Assembly: GCA_965248695.1 (NCBI GenBank)
Contig: CBDFKD010000002.1
Span: 5,280,001 to 5,344,000, forward strand
DNA from: Acidobacteriota bacterium
Lineage (GTDB): Bacteria; Acidobacteriota; UBA890; WLXD01
DNA: 64,000 bases
Direction of reading: 5' to 3'
The translations under genes were made by a program, and so were the position numbers. Numbering within the stretch: the stretch's first letter is position 1; every line of letters begins with the position of its first letter. A model generated the notes under the pieces. That model made no database searches. It saw only the letters and a list, made by a program, of their open reading frames with translations, and was not told the DNA's origin. This document shows positions 50,623 through 59,666 of the stretch, in pieces.

Positions 50623-51436
50623 GCCGCTGGCGCTGATCGCCGGCAGCTCACAAATGCCCCTGCTAGTCGCCCAGGAGGCGCGGCGGGCGGGCCGAGGCGT
50701 GGTCGCGGCGGCGATTCAAGGCATCACGGATCCGGCGCTCGAAACCCACGTCGACGCCATCCAGTGGCTTCGCTGGGGGGATATACCTACCTTCCTGGCC
50801 ACTCTCGAGGGCTGGCGTCAAGACGGCGTCAGCGAGGCCATCATGGCCGGCAAGGTCGAGCAACAGCGGATGTACGAACGCGACCCCGAGGGAGAGATAG
50901 AGGCCGTGTTGGCCGACCTCCCGAGCGCCCATACGGATCAGTTGCTCGGGGCTGTCGCGAACGTGTTGGAGTCAGCCGGGATCCGATTGGTCGAGTCGAC
51001 CACCTACTTGCGTTCCTTGATGCCGAAACCTGGTTGGACCGCCGGCCGCCGGCCGACGGCGAGCGAAGAGCTCGATATCGACCACGGCTGGCGCGTCGCC
51101 AAGGCCCTCGGCGAGCTCGATATCGGCCAAACCGTGGTGGTCAAGGAAAAGGCGGTGGTCGCCGTCGAGGCCATGGAGGGCACCGACGCCTGTATCCGTC
51201 GGGCTGGTGAGCTCGGCGGCGCCGGCGGAGTGGTGGTGAAGGTTGCCAAGCCGAACCAGGATTTGCGGTTCGACGTGCCCGTCGTCGGCCTCCGTACGCT
51301 GGAGACGATGCACGAAGCAGCAGCTTCGGTGCTGGCTCTCGAAGCCGACATGACGGTGCTGTTCGATCGTCCTCGGGTCGAAGAGCTGGCGACCGAGCTC
51401 GACATTGCCCTCGTCGCCAGAGGCCACGATGCCTGA
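50600..51436 (+). CDS. lpxI: UDP-2,3-diacylglucosamine diphosphatase LpxI
   Basis: LIAG...P, DIGQTVVV, VEAMEGTD, K..QDLRFDVP.VG. Confidence 0.93.
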   Translation: MSSESPSKPLALIAGSSQMPLLVAQEARRAGRGVVAAAIQGITDPALETHVDAIQWLRWGDIPTFLATLEGWRQDGVSEAIMAGKVEQQRMYERDPEGEIEAVLADLPSAHTDQLLGAVANVLESAGIRLVESTTYLRSLMPKPGWTAGRRPTASEELDIDHGWRVAKALGELDIGQTVVVKEKAVVAVEAMEGTDACIRRAGELGGAGGVVVKVAKPNQDLRFDVPVVGLRTLETMHEAAASVLALEADMTVLFDRPRVEELATELDIALVARGHDA

Positions 51437-52391
51437 GCCGGTGCGCGTCGGCGTCGTGGGCGTCGGTTCGATCGGCCGCCACCACGCCCGCGTTTACGCT
51501 GAGAGCAAAGCGGCAGACCTGGTCGGGGTGTACGACCTCGACGCAGGGCGGTGCAACGAGACCGCACGGACAACGGGAACCAAGCCTTTCATCGCGCTCG
51601 ACGCCCTGCTCGATGTGGTGGATGCCATCAGCGTCGCCGTACCCACGTTGGAGCACGAGGCGGTCGGCTTGCGTTGCCTCGAGGCCGGTCGGGACGTACT
51701 GATGGAGAAGCCGATCGCCGCCAGCCTCGACGCCGCGGACCGACTCATGGCCATGGCAGCGACCGCCGACCGGCTACTGCAAGTGGGACACGTGGAACGC
51801 TACAACCCGGCTGTAGAGGCGCTGCTGAGTCGAATACAGCAACCAGGATTCGTTGAGATTCATCGCCTTGGCTCGTTCGCGCCGCGAAGCCTCGAGGTCG
51901 ACGTCGTGGTCGACCTGATGATCCACGATATCGACATCGTGCATGCGATGGTTCAAGGAGAGGTCGCGGAGGTGAGGGCGGTCGGCGTTCCGGTGCTCTC
52001 GGACGAGATCGACATCGCCAACGCCCGTCTTGAAGTCGGCAGGGGATGCGTCGTCAACATGACCGCCAGCCGAGTGAGCCTGAACCGGGTGCGGAAGCTA
52101 CGGATCTTCGAGCCCGCGGGCTACTTCTCGGTTGATTTTTCCGCCCAGGAGGTGGCCCAGTATCGCCTCGGTCGAGACGCCGGTCGGCCAACCATTGAAG
52201 CCGTACCGGTGGCTGTGGACCGAGCCGAGCCGCTGGTTCGGCAGCTGGAGGGGTTCCTTCGCTCGGTAGTGACCCGGCGGCCACCCAGGGTCGATGGGGG
52301 CGCCGGTCGACAGGCGCTCGCGACCGCGCTTCGCATTCGAGATGCGATGCTGCGCGCGCCGCTAGTGGGCCACGCGGAACCGAAAATCTAG
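51429..52391 (+). CDS. Gfo/Idh/MocA oxidoreductase, GnnA-like UDP-GlcNAc 3-dehydrogenase
   Basis: GVGSIG, EKPIA, GHVERYNP, DLMIHD; position after lpxA-lpxI. Confidence 0.8.
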   Translation: MPEPVRVGVVGVGSIGRHHARVYAESKAADLVGVYDLDAGRCNETARTTGTKPFIALDALLDVVDAISVAVPTLEHEAVGLRCLEAGRDVLMEKPIAASLDAADRLMAMAATADRLLQVGHVERYNPAVEALLSRIQQPGFVEIHRLGSFAPRSLEVDVVVDLMIHDIDIVHAMVQGEVAEVRAVGVPVLSDEIDIANARLEVGRGCVVNMTASRVSLNRVRKLRIFEPAGYFSVDFSAQEVAQYRLGRDAGRPTIEAVPVAVDRAEPLVRQLEGFLRSVVTRRPPRVDGGAGRQALATALRIRDAMLRAPLVGHAEPKI

Positions 52392-52515
52392 GCTCTCACG
52401 CCGCCACTGACAGCACTCCGGGGTCGGCTTCGAAGTGGTTTCCCGGCGACGCTAGCAGCCCGGGTGCCCGTGATAAACTCGCGCCTCCTCAGCGCCCTTT
52501 CCACGGTCCGACACA

Positions 52516-53658
52516 ATGAAATACCCCTACAATGCAAGCCCTCGCCCAACGGTCGGCGTCGAGGAGGAATACCAGATCTGTGACCCGAGCACCGGAAATC
52601 TGGTGCCTCGAGTCAACGAGCTCATGGCGCACGCCGATGAGGATACGGCGCGCTTCCTCGCCTACGACCTCATCCAGGGACTCATAGAGGCCGTCACAGA
52701 CATCGCCGAGACGGTCGACGAGGCGGTCGCTGACCTGGCGGCAAAGCGCCGCCGGGTGCTGGGCTATGCAGAGGCGGAAGGCTGCACCCTGGGAATCACC
52801 GGGACACATCCGTACGCCGACCCGCGGAAGACAGCGTTCGTCGATACGGAATCCTACCGCTGGGTCCGCAATCAGCTGCGCTACATCGCCGGACGCAATC
52901 TCTCGTTTGGACTCCACGTGCACGTCGGTGTGGACGACGCGGAGCGGGCGATCTACGTCGCCAACCGGCTCCGCAGGTGGATCGGACCGCTGATCGCCGT
53001 GGCCGCAAACTCGCCCTTCCTCGACGGTGTTGATACCGGATGGGACTCGGCGCGCTCTGTTGCCTTCGGCAGCTTCCCGCGTTCCGGCGTACCTCCGTAC
53101 CTGCGGAGCTGGGTGCACTACGAGCAGGTGATGGCGGGGCTACAGTCGGCGGACAGCATCCAAAAGCCACGGCACGTGTGGTGGAACGTGCGCGCCCATC
53201 CCACGTTCGGTACCGTCGAGGTGCGCGCCTGCGACGTGCAGATGTCGCTGCGCCGCACGGCTGCCATCACGGCTCTCTGCCAGGCGTTGGTGGTCGAGTA
53301 CAGCAAACGGCATCGGGCCGGAGAGGAAGCGCCGGCACAGGACCATGCTTTTCTCGACGACGGTCGCTTCAAAGGCATGCGGTTCGGCCTCGACGCTCCG
53401 GTCATCGATGCAGAGACCCACGAGGTCGTACCGATGCGGGAGATGGCTCGCCGCATGATGGCCGAGGCGGGCGAGGCAAGTGCCTCGCTGGGCACGGAGT
53501 CGCATCTGGCCAAGCTGGCGGAGATCATCGAGGAGGGAAACGGCGCGTCCTACCAGCGAGGCGTCGCCGACGAAGTCGGAGGGGATCTGGTGGCCATGCA
53601 GCGCCGACTCCTGGTCGAGGCTCGCGCGCTGGTCGTGGAACCCGACGTCGCCCTCTGA
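52516..53658 (+). CDS. YbdK-family carboxylate-amine ligase (GCS2)
   Basis: TVGVEEEYQ, FGLHVHVG, NSPF, RAHP.FGTVEVR..D. Confidence 0.92.
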   Translation: MKYPYNASPRPTVGVEEEYQICDPSTGNLVPRVNELMAHADEDTARFLAYDLIQGLIEAVTDIAETVDEAVADLAAKRRRVLGYAEAEGCTLGITGTHPYADPRKTAFVDTESYRWVRNQLRYIAGRNLSFGLHVHVGVDDAERAIYVANRLRRWIGPLIAVAANSPFLDGVDTGWDSARSVAFGSFPRSGVPPYLRSWVHYEQVMAGLQSADSIQKPRHVWWNVRAHPTFGTVEVRACDVQMSLRRTAAITALCQALVVEYSKRHRAGEEAPAQDHAFLDDGRFKGMRFGLDAPVIDAETHEVVPMREMARRMMAEAGEASASLGTESHLAKLAEIIEEGNGASYQRGVADEVGGDLVAMQRRLLVEARALVVEPDVAL

Positions 53659-53676
53659 GTGCGGCCGAGCGCCGCG

Positions 53677-54450
53677 ATGCTACGGGTTCATGTGCTCGGC
53701 TCTGGGAACGCGCTCGCCGGGAGCCGGCGCGATACCACCGCCCTGGCAGTGCAAGCGGATGGCGAGTGGACCGTCCTGGACTGCCCCGGGGCCCTGCTGC
53801 ACAAGTTGGCGCTGTTGGGTGCCGATCTGGCGGTCCTGCGTCGGCTGATCGTGACCCACAACCACGTCGATCATGTATACGGCTTCGCGCATCTGGCCCA
53901 CGCTCTGGTGCTGGCGCCAGACCGACCGCCGCTCGAGGTTCACGCGCCCGAAGAGACGTTGCAGACGCTGCGAGCGATGCTCGGGGTCCACGGCCTCGAC
54001 GACGCCTGTGTCGGTCGGCTCGATCTGTGTGGCGTTCCCCTCGCGGCCGACGTCGAGATCGACAACTCTGCTCAATCCCGGATCTCGGCCTCTCCGGCGG
54101 CCCACAGCCGTGCCACCCTGGCAGTGCGCTTCGAGCACCGAGGAAGCGCTTTCGTCTATGCCTCCGATACGGCTCCGAGCGACGGGGTCGTGGCTCTGAG
54201 CGCCGGGGTCGATCTGCTTCTGCATGATTGCGCCGGGCTCCACCGAGACCGCAGCACCTTCTCCGGGAAGCACTCGAGTGCGCGCCAGGCGGGTGAGATT
54301 GCCGCCGTCGCCGGGGTTGGAGAGCTCCGCCTGATCCACATCCCGGAGTCGACTCGGCATACCGACGCCGATCTGGTAGGCGAGGCACGCGAGCACTTTC
54401 AAGGCCGCGTCGGGCCGGCCGCCGACGGCGACACCTACACCTTGACCTAG
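53677..54450 (+). CDS. Metallo-beta-lactamase fold hydrolase (RNase Z-like)
   Basis: LGSG, LDCPG, THNHVDH, SDT, HSSA..AG, LIH. Confidence 0.85.
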   Translation: MLRVHVLGSGNALAGSRRDTTALAVQADGEWTVLDCPGALLHKLALLGADLAVLRRLIVTHNHVDHVYGFAHLAHALVLAPDRPPLEVHAPEETLQTLRAMLGVHGLDDACVGRLDLCGVPLAADVEIDNSAQSRISASPAAHSRATLAVRFEHRGSAFVYASDTAPSDGVVALSAGVDLLLHDCAGLHRDRSTFSGKHSSARQAGEIAAVAGVGELRLIHIPESTRHTDADLVGEAREHFQGRVGPAADGDTYTLT

Positions 54451-54515
54451 CAGGCCGCCTTGCAACTGGCCCCAACTCGCCGTAACCAGACCCACCACAC
54501 TTTCACCACGGCCTG
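54451..54515. mobile_element. Internally deleted 65-bp MITE copy flanked by CTAG
   Basis: Near-identical to 62647-62711; CTAG at 54447-54450 and 54516-54519. Confidence 0.8.
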
Positions 54516-54642
54516 CTAGATCTGGGCGAGACCACGTACGGTATTCTCTGCGCTGACCTACCTTGGAAGTCTCGACGAGGAGCCCCGTGCAGGACGTGAC
54601 CAGCAACTTCGCGCCAGGCGAGGCCGTCGGGAGACCGCCCGC

Positions 54643-55665
54643 GTGAGCCGCTGGATATCGAGTGCGCCGCTGCGGGCCGATCTGGCCGGCGGGACGCTCG
54701 ACCTTTGGCCGCTGTACCTGCTGCACGCACGGTCCTCAACCGTCAACGTGGCGCTGAGCCTGCGGGCGCGCGCCGCTTACGAACCTGGCGGCCAGCGCTG
54801 GGAGCTACGGGCCGGCGATCACGGGGCGCGTCGCCAGCTGGCTGCTTCCCGGCTCGCAAGAGCCGTCGACGAGGGGCGCACCGGCGACCCGTTTGCGCTC
54901 GTGCTTCGTGTCCTCGGCCATACCGGGCTCCGCCAACCCGGGCGGCTAACAACTACGGTCGACGGACCATCTGGCGGCGGCATCGGCGGCTCTTCGGCCT
55001 TGCTCATAGCCCTCTACGGACTTGCGTGTCGCGCTGTCGGATCCCGGCTACAGCGACGCAACCTGGCAAGCCTGGCCCGCGACCTGGAGGCCCAGGTGCT
55101 CGGAATCCCGACCGGGATTCAGGACTACTACCCGGCGATCTACGGAGGGGCGCTGCAGCTCCACCATGGGCCAGGCGGCACGCGCATGGAGCGGCTCTCA
55201 ATTGATCTAGGGGCCCTCGAGCGGCGTCTGATGCTGGTGTACAGTGGCAAACCGCATGCTTCAGCGCCGTCGAACTGGCGGCTCTATCGTCGCCGGATCG
55301 AGCGAGATCCTGCCGCCCGCGACGGCTTCGAGGCGATTGCCCACGCCGCGGCGGCGTCGGCCGACGCGTTGCGCGATGGCAACTGGGGCGCTCTCGGAGA
55401 AGCTATGAATGCCGATTGGGAGGCGCGCAAGGCCATCGACTCGAAGCTGGCTCCGGCCGAGCTGCGCCGCGTCGAGCGAGCTGGCCTTCGGGCCGGGGCC
55501 GCGGCCGCCAAGGGATGTGGCGCGGCGTCGGGCGGATGCATGCTGTTCCTGCTATCAGACCCTGGTCAGCGGAAGACGGTGGCCGCCGCCGTCGAGGCAG
55601 TCGCCGGTCGGGTTCTCCCGACGCGCATCGCACGCGCTGGCCTACGCATCCGACGCGTGGACTAG
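54643..55665 (+). CDS. GHMP-family sugar kinase (HddA heptose-7-phosphate kinase-like)
   Basis: SAPLRADLAGGTLD, P.G.G.GGSSAL, TGIQDY, KGCGA..GG. Confidence 0.85.
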   Translation: MSRWISSAPLRADLAGGTLDLWPLYLLHARSSTVNVALSLRARAAYEPGGQRWELRAGDHGARRQLAASRLARAVDEGRTGDPFALVLRVLGHTGLRQPGRLTTTVDGPSGGGIGGSSALLIALYGLACRAVGSRLQRRNLASLARDLEAQVLGIPTGIQDYYPAIYGGALQLHHGPGGTRMERLSIDLGALERRLMLVYSGKPHASAPSNWRLYRRRIERDPAARDGFEAIAHAAAASADALRDGNWGALGEAMNADWEARKAIDSKLAPAELRRVERAGLRAGAAAAKGCGAASGGCMLFLLSDPGQRKTVAAAVEAVAGRVLPTRIARAGLRIRRVD

Positions 55666-55737
55666 TGGCCCGCAATCGATGATGGCGGGGAAGAGCGGAA
55701 CGCAGAGGGGCTCCGGCAGGGATCCTGAGGAGAAGCG

Positions 55738-56574
55738 GTGATCGAGTGGGCGGTAATTCCGGTCGCCGGACACGGGACCCGTCTGCAGCCGGCGGCAACT
55801 GTCATCCCCAAGACGCTGCTGCCGGTCGGCAGCTGGCCGATGTTGCACTGGGCACTGGACGAGGCAGTCCGCGCCGGCATCCGCGGCATTGTGCTGGTCA
55901 TCGGACCGGACCAGCAACTGGTGCGCGACTATGTCGACGCCGCGGTAGAGGCGGGGCGCCACGGAGAGGAATCCGACCTCGGCAACCTGGGGCGCCAGCT
56001 GCGCGACTGCGATATCCACTGGATCCGCCAGGAGACGCCGACCGGCATCGGTGATGCGTTCGTTCGATGCCAAGCGCTGACCCGCCATGACGTCTTCGCG
56101 GTGCTGTTGCCCGACAACTGGTTCGATGCCCCGATGGCCGCAATCGGCCAGGTGGCGCAGGCCTACTTCAAGACAGGGTTGTGCAGCCTTGGCCTCACCG
56201 AGGTGATCCCGGAGGAACACTCGCTGTTCGGCAACGTCGGCGGGGTTCGCCTGGAACTGCTGGAGTCGGGCTGCTTTCGGGTGTTGGCACTCCAGGACAA
56301 GCTACCCGGCGAGTTCGCCGCGGCGAGCTCGGGTGTCACGCTGCGCGGCTGTGCCCGCTACGTCGTCGACGAACGGTTCTACGAGGCCCTTCACGCTACG
56401 GGCCCGCCGCCGGACGGCGAGTGGGACGACGTGCCTGCCTTCCAGCACCTGATTGCCGGCCCGGGGCTGGCGGCAGCGCGCATCGAAGGTCGGCACTACG
56501 ACGTCGGGCACCTGGCAGGTTATCTGGCGGCCGCAACGTACCTTGGGCGCCGCGCAGCAGAAGTCGAACGATAG
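55738..56574 (+). CDS. Sugar-1-phosphate nucleotidyltransferase (GalU-like)
   Basis: AVIPVAGHGTRL.PA...PK.LLP, RQE.P.GIGDA, LLPD, YDVG. Confidence 0.85.
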   Translation: MIEWAVIPVAGHGTRLQPAATVIPKTLLPVGSWPMLHWALDEAVRAGIRGIVLVIGPDQQLVRDYVDAAVEAGRHGEESDLGNLGRQLRDCDIHWIRQETPTGIGDAFVRCQALTRHDVFAVLLPDNWFDAPMAAIGQVAQAYFKTGLCSLGLTEVIPEEHSLFGNVGGVRLELLESGCFRVLALQDKLPGEFAAASSGVTLRGCARYVVDERFYEALHATGPPPDGEWDDVPAFQHLIAGPGLAAARIEGRHYDVGHLAGYLAAATYLGRRAAEVER

Positions 56575-57167
56575 TGGCGCAGCAGTCCGACGATGACGCC
56601 GCGCACCCGTACCCGCGACTCGGGGACGTAGAGCGGCTCGCCGCCGCCATGGCTCGGTTCGAGCCGCACGTGGCCGGACTCGCGAAAGAACCTTCCGACG
56701 GCCGTGAGCTGATCTCCGAGTACCAGAACGACCGTGTCTCCATCGGCGGCGATGCTGCGGTCTTCGATAACCAAGACGTCGCCATCCAGCAGAAGCTCAT
56801 CGGACAGCGAGCTACCGTTCACGCGCAGAGCGTACAGGGGACCTGCTGCCGCGAACGATGAGGGGAGGCTGACGCTCTCGGCCGGACGGATGGCCTCGAG
56901 CGGTCGCCCTCCGGCAATGCGACCAAGCAGGGGGATCTCGACGCCACGGGCGGAGTCGTTTTCCACCAGCTCGATTCCGCGGCCTTGGTGCTTCGCCTTG
57001 CGGACGTAGCCTTTCTGCACCAGCTGCTGGACGTGCTTGTAAACTGTGGCCGGCGAGGAGAGACCGAAGTGAGCACCGATTTCTTCGAGTGTCGGAGCGT
57101 AGCCCTCGGCCTTCAGGTAGTCCCTGATGTAGTCGAGGATCTCCTTCTGGCGCTTGGTCAGGTACAT
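56520..57167 (-). CDS. lexA: LexA-family repressor with altered cleavage and catalytic residues
   Basis: LTKRQKEILDYI...GYAPTLEEI..HFGL.S.ATV wHTH; S24-like C-domain IPLLGRIAGG, LRV.G.S. Confidence 0.9.
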   Translation of the reverse strand: MYLTKRQKEILDYIRDYLKAEGYAPTLEEIGAHFGLSSPATVYKHVQQLVQKGYVRKAKHQGRGIELVENDSARGVEIPLLGRIAGGRPLEAIRPAESVSLPSSFAAAGPLYALRVNGSSLSDELLLDGDVLVIEDRSIAADGDTVVLVLGDQLTAVGRFFRESGHVRLEPSHGGGEPLYVPESRVRVRGVIVGLLRHYRSTSAARRPRYVAAAR

Positions 57168-57260
57168 GGCGCTCGGAGTCGTATGCCAGGGACGAGACGA
57201 CGCGACTGACGGTTCGACAAGGGCGACGAAATGTCAAGGCGACGCTGGTAACCTGGATCG

Positions 57261-57698
57261 ATGGTGCACATGTGTCTCGACATGGGTGAGCGTCGCATCG
57301 GTGTGGCGGTTTCGGATCCCACTGCAATGCTGGCGCGGCCGCTGGTCACGCTGCCGGGCGGCGAGCCGGCGACGGAGCTGGCCGATCGATTGCGTCTCCT
57401 TATCGAGGATACCGAGGCTCGGCAGTTGGTGATCGGGTTTCCCAAGCGACTCGACGGCGCCAAGGGTCCCGAGGCGATTGCCGTCGAGGCCGTGGCCGCG
57501 GAGTTGCGTGAGCTGCTGAGCGTGCCCGTGACCCTCTGGGATGAACGGTTGTCGACCGTCGAGGCCAACCGCCGCCTGACCGAAGCGAACGTGCGGCCTA
57601 AGCGCCGCAAACAGATCGTCGACCAGCTCGCGGCCGCCCTGATTTTGCAGAGCTATCTGGATTCCTTGGACTCCGATCCGGCTTCCGGGCGGCCGTGA
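57261..57698 (+). CDS. ruvX: Holliday-junction resolvase-like protein RuvX/YqgF
   Basis: LD.GERRIGVAVSD, WDERLST, VD..AA..ILQ.YL. Confidence 0.94.
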   Translation: MVHMCLDMGERRIGVAVSDPTAMLARPLVTLPGGEPATELADRLRLLIEDTEARQLVIGFPKRLDGAKGPEAIAVEAVAAELRELLSVPVTLWDERLSTVEANRRLTEANVRPKRRKQIVDQLAAALILQSYLDSLDSDPASGRP

Positions 57699-58705
57699 AG
57701 CGCTCCCTTGTGCTGGCGGTTGCGGTGGCGCTGCTGGCGGTGGTGACCGCAGCGGCGACAGCACGGTCGCTGGAGCGTCGTATACACGCCACGTTCCAAG
57801 GCTACGAAGGCGAGCACGTCGACGTGATCGTTCGTCCTGGAATGCCGGCATGGCAGGTAGCCGAGCTGCTGGAGAGTACCGGAGTGGTGGAATCGGCTGC
57901 ACTGCTCACCGGCTGGCTTTGGTGGACCGAGCGTAGCGGTGACGTCCAGGTGGGCGAGTACCGTTTCGCGGGAGCCACGTCACTGGTCGAGGTCGCGAAC
58001 GTCGTAACCACCGGCCGCGTGCGCCTCTATCCGCTGACGATCAAGGAGGGCTCTACCCGCTGGCAGGTCGCAGAGGCGATCGCGGCGGCGGGCTTCGAAA
58101 CCTACGAGAAGGCGCTGGTGGCCACCGGCCGCATCGATCTGATCGGCGATCTCGACCCGATGGCAGACTCGCTCGAAGGGTACCTGTTTCCCGAGACGTA
58201 TCTGGCCCCTCGGGGCGATGATGCCGATCGCCTCATCGCCCGCATGGTCGACTCCTTCCGCACCGCCTGGACAGCGAGGCTACGCCGACGCGCCACCGAG
58301 CTCGACATGGATGTTCGCGACGTAGTGACCCTCGCCTCGCTCATCGAGGCGGAGACCCAGGCCTCGGAAGAGCGCCCGGTTGTATCCGGCGTGTTCCACA
58401 ACCGGATGGCTCGCGGCATGCTGCTGCAAACGGATCCGACCGTCATCTATGCACGCAATCTCGCGGGGCGCGAGGGCCGCACCATCTACCAGTCGGACCT
58501 GCGACGAGATTCTCCGTACAATACCTACGTCTACCCGGGGTTGCCGGTCGGTCCTATCGGCAACCCGCGGCAGGCGAGTCTCGAAGCTGCTTTGTACCCG
58601 GCCGACGTGGACTTCTTGTACTTCGTGGCGCGAAATGACGGCACACATGCGTTCTCGCGAACGCTCGCCGAGCACAACGCGCTGGTCGATCGTTACCAGA
58701 GGTGA
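57695..58705 (+). CDS. mltG: Endolytic transglycosylase MltG
   Basis: LEGYLFPETY, LASLIE.E, LQTDPT, SPYNTY..GLP.GPI.NP. Confidence 0.94.
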   Translation: MKRSLVLAVAVALLAVVTAAATARSLERRIHATFQGYEGEHVDVIVRPGMPAWQVAELLESTGVVESAALLTGWLWWTERSGDVQVGEYRFAGATSLVEVANVVTTGRVRLYPLTIKEGSTRWQVAEAIAAAGFETYEKALVATGRIDLIGDLDPMADSLEGYLFPETYLAPRGDDADRLIARMVDSFRTAWTARLRRRATELDMDVRDVVTLASLIEAETQASEERPVVSGVFHNRMARGMLLQTDPTVIYARNLAGREGRTIYQSDLRRDSPYNTYVYPGLPVGPIGNPRQASLEAALYPADVDFLYFVARNDGTHAFSRTLAEHNALVDRYQR

Positions 58706-58708
58706 GGC

Positions 58709-59194
58709 ATGAGCCAGTCCAGACCTGCGAGCGTGCTACCGAGCGACGCGGCCGCCGGACTGCGCTTCGCGGTAGTCGTGAGTCGGTTCAACAAGAGCCT
58801 CACGACGCGACTCTGCCAGGGCGCTCTGGAAGCCTTGGCAGATCACGGCGCGGCCGAAGGCGATGTCACCACAGCCTGGGTACCCGGCGCCTTCGAGCTT
58901 CCGATGGCCGCCGCACACTTGGCCTCGACCGAGCAGTTCGACGCGATCGTATGCCTGGGCGTGCTCATTCGCGGTGAGACGACGCACTACGACGTGCTGG
59001 CTCACGCGACCGCCGGCGCTGTGCAGGAGGTGGCGCGGCACAGCGCCTTGCCGGTCACCTTCGGCGTTCTGACCTGCGACACCGCAACACAGGCGGAGGC
59101 GCGGGCGGGCGGCGACCACGGTAACAAGGGCGTCGACGCGGCAATCGCGGCGATCGAGATGGCGGTTCTGTTCGCTGACCGGTCGGACCACTAG
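58709..59194 (+). CDS. ribH: 6,7-dimethyl-8-ribityllumazine synthase
   Basis: SRFN, VPGAFELP, IRGETTHY, GNKG. Confidence 0.96.
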   Translation: MSQSRPASVLPSDAAAGLRFAVVVSRFNKSLTTRLCQGALEALADHGAAEGDVTTAWVPGAFELPMAAAHLASTEQFDAIVCLGVLIRGETTHYDVLAHATAGAVQEVARHSALPVTFGVLTCDTATQAEARAGGDHGNKGVDAAIAAIEMAVLFADRSDH

Positions 59195-59198
59195 AACG

Positions 59199-59666
59199 AT
59201 GGGATACCGGCACCGTGCTCGTGAGCGTGCGCTGCAGTGCCTCTACCAGTGGGAGAGCACCGACGCCGATCTCGACGGCCTTCTCGACCGATTCTGGCGG
59301 GCGCAGCCAGAGCCTCAGCGCGTCCGAGAGTTCACCGAGACGCTGGTGCGCGGCGCGGTGGATGCTGTGCCGCGCATCGATCCGCTGATCTCGAGACAGG
59401 CGGAGAACTGGCGCCTCGAGCGCATGGGGTGCGTCGACCGCGGAATCCTCCGACTCGGTGTCTACGAGCTGCTGGCGCAGCCCGACACTCCCGCCGCGGT
59501 GGTCATCGATGAGGCCATCGAGCTGGCGAAGCGCTACAGCGGCGAGCAGGGAAGCACCTTCGTCAACGGCGTGCTGGATGGGATCAACCGGCGCCTGCAG
59601 GCGGAGTCGGCCGTCGAAGACCTCGAGACCGAACCCTGCGAGGACCGCAAGGCGAGCGGCACATGA
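59199..59666 (+). CDS. nusB: Transcription antitermination factor NusB
   Basis: R.RARE.ALQ.LY, DR.ILRL, EA.ELAK.Y, FVNGVLD. Confidence 0.96.
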   Translation: MGYRHRARERALQCLYQWESTDADLDGLLDRFWRAQPEPQRVREFTETLVRGAVDAVPRIDPLISRQAENWRLERMGCVDRGILRLGVYELLAQPDTPAAVVIDEAIELAKRYSGEQGSTFVNGVLDGINRRLQAESAVEDLETEPCEDRKASGT

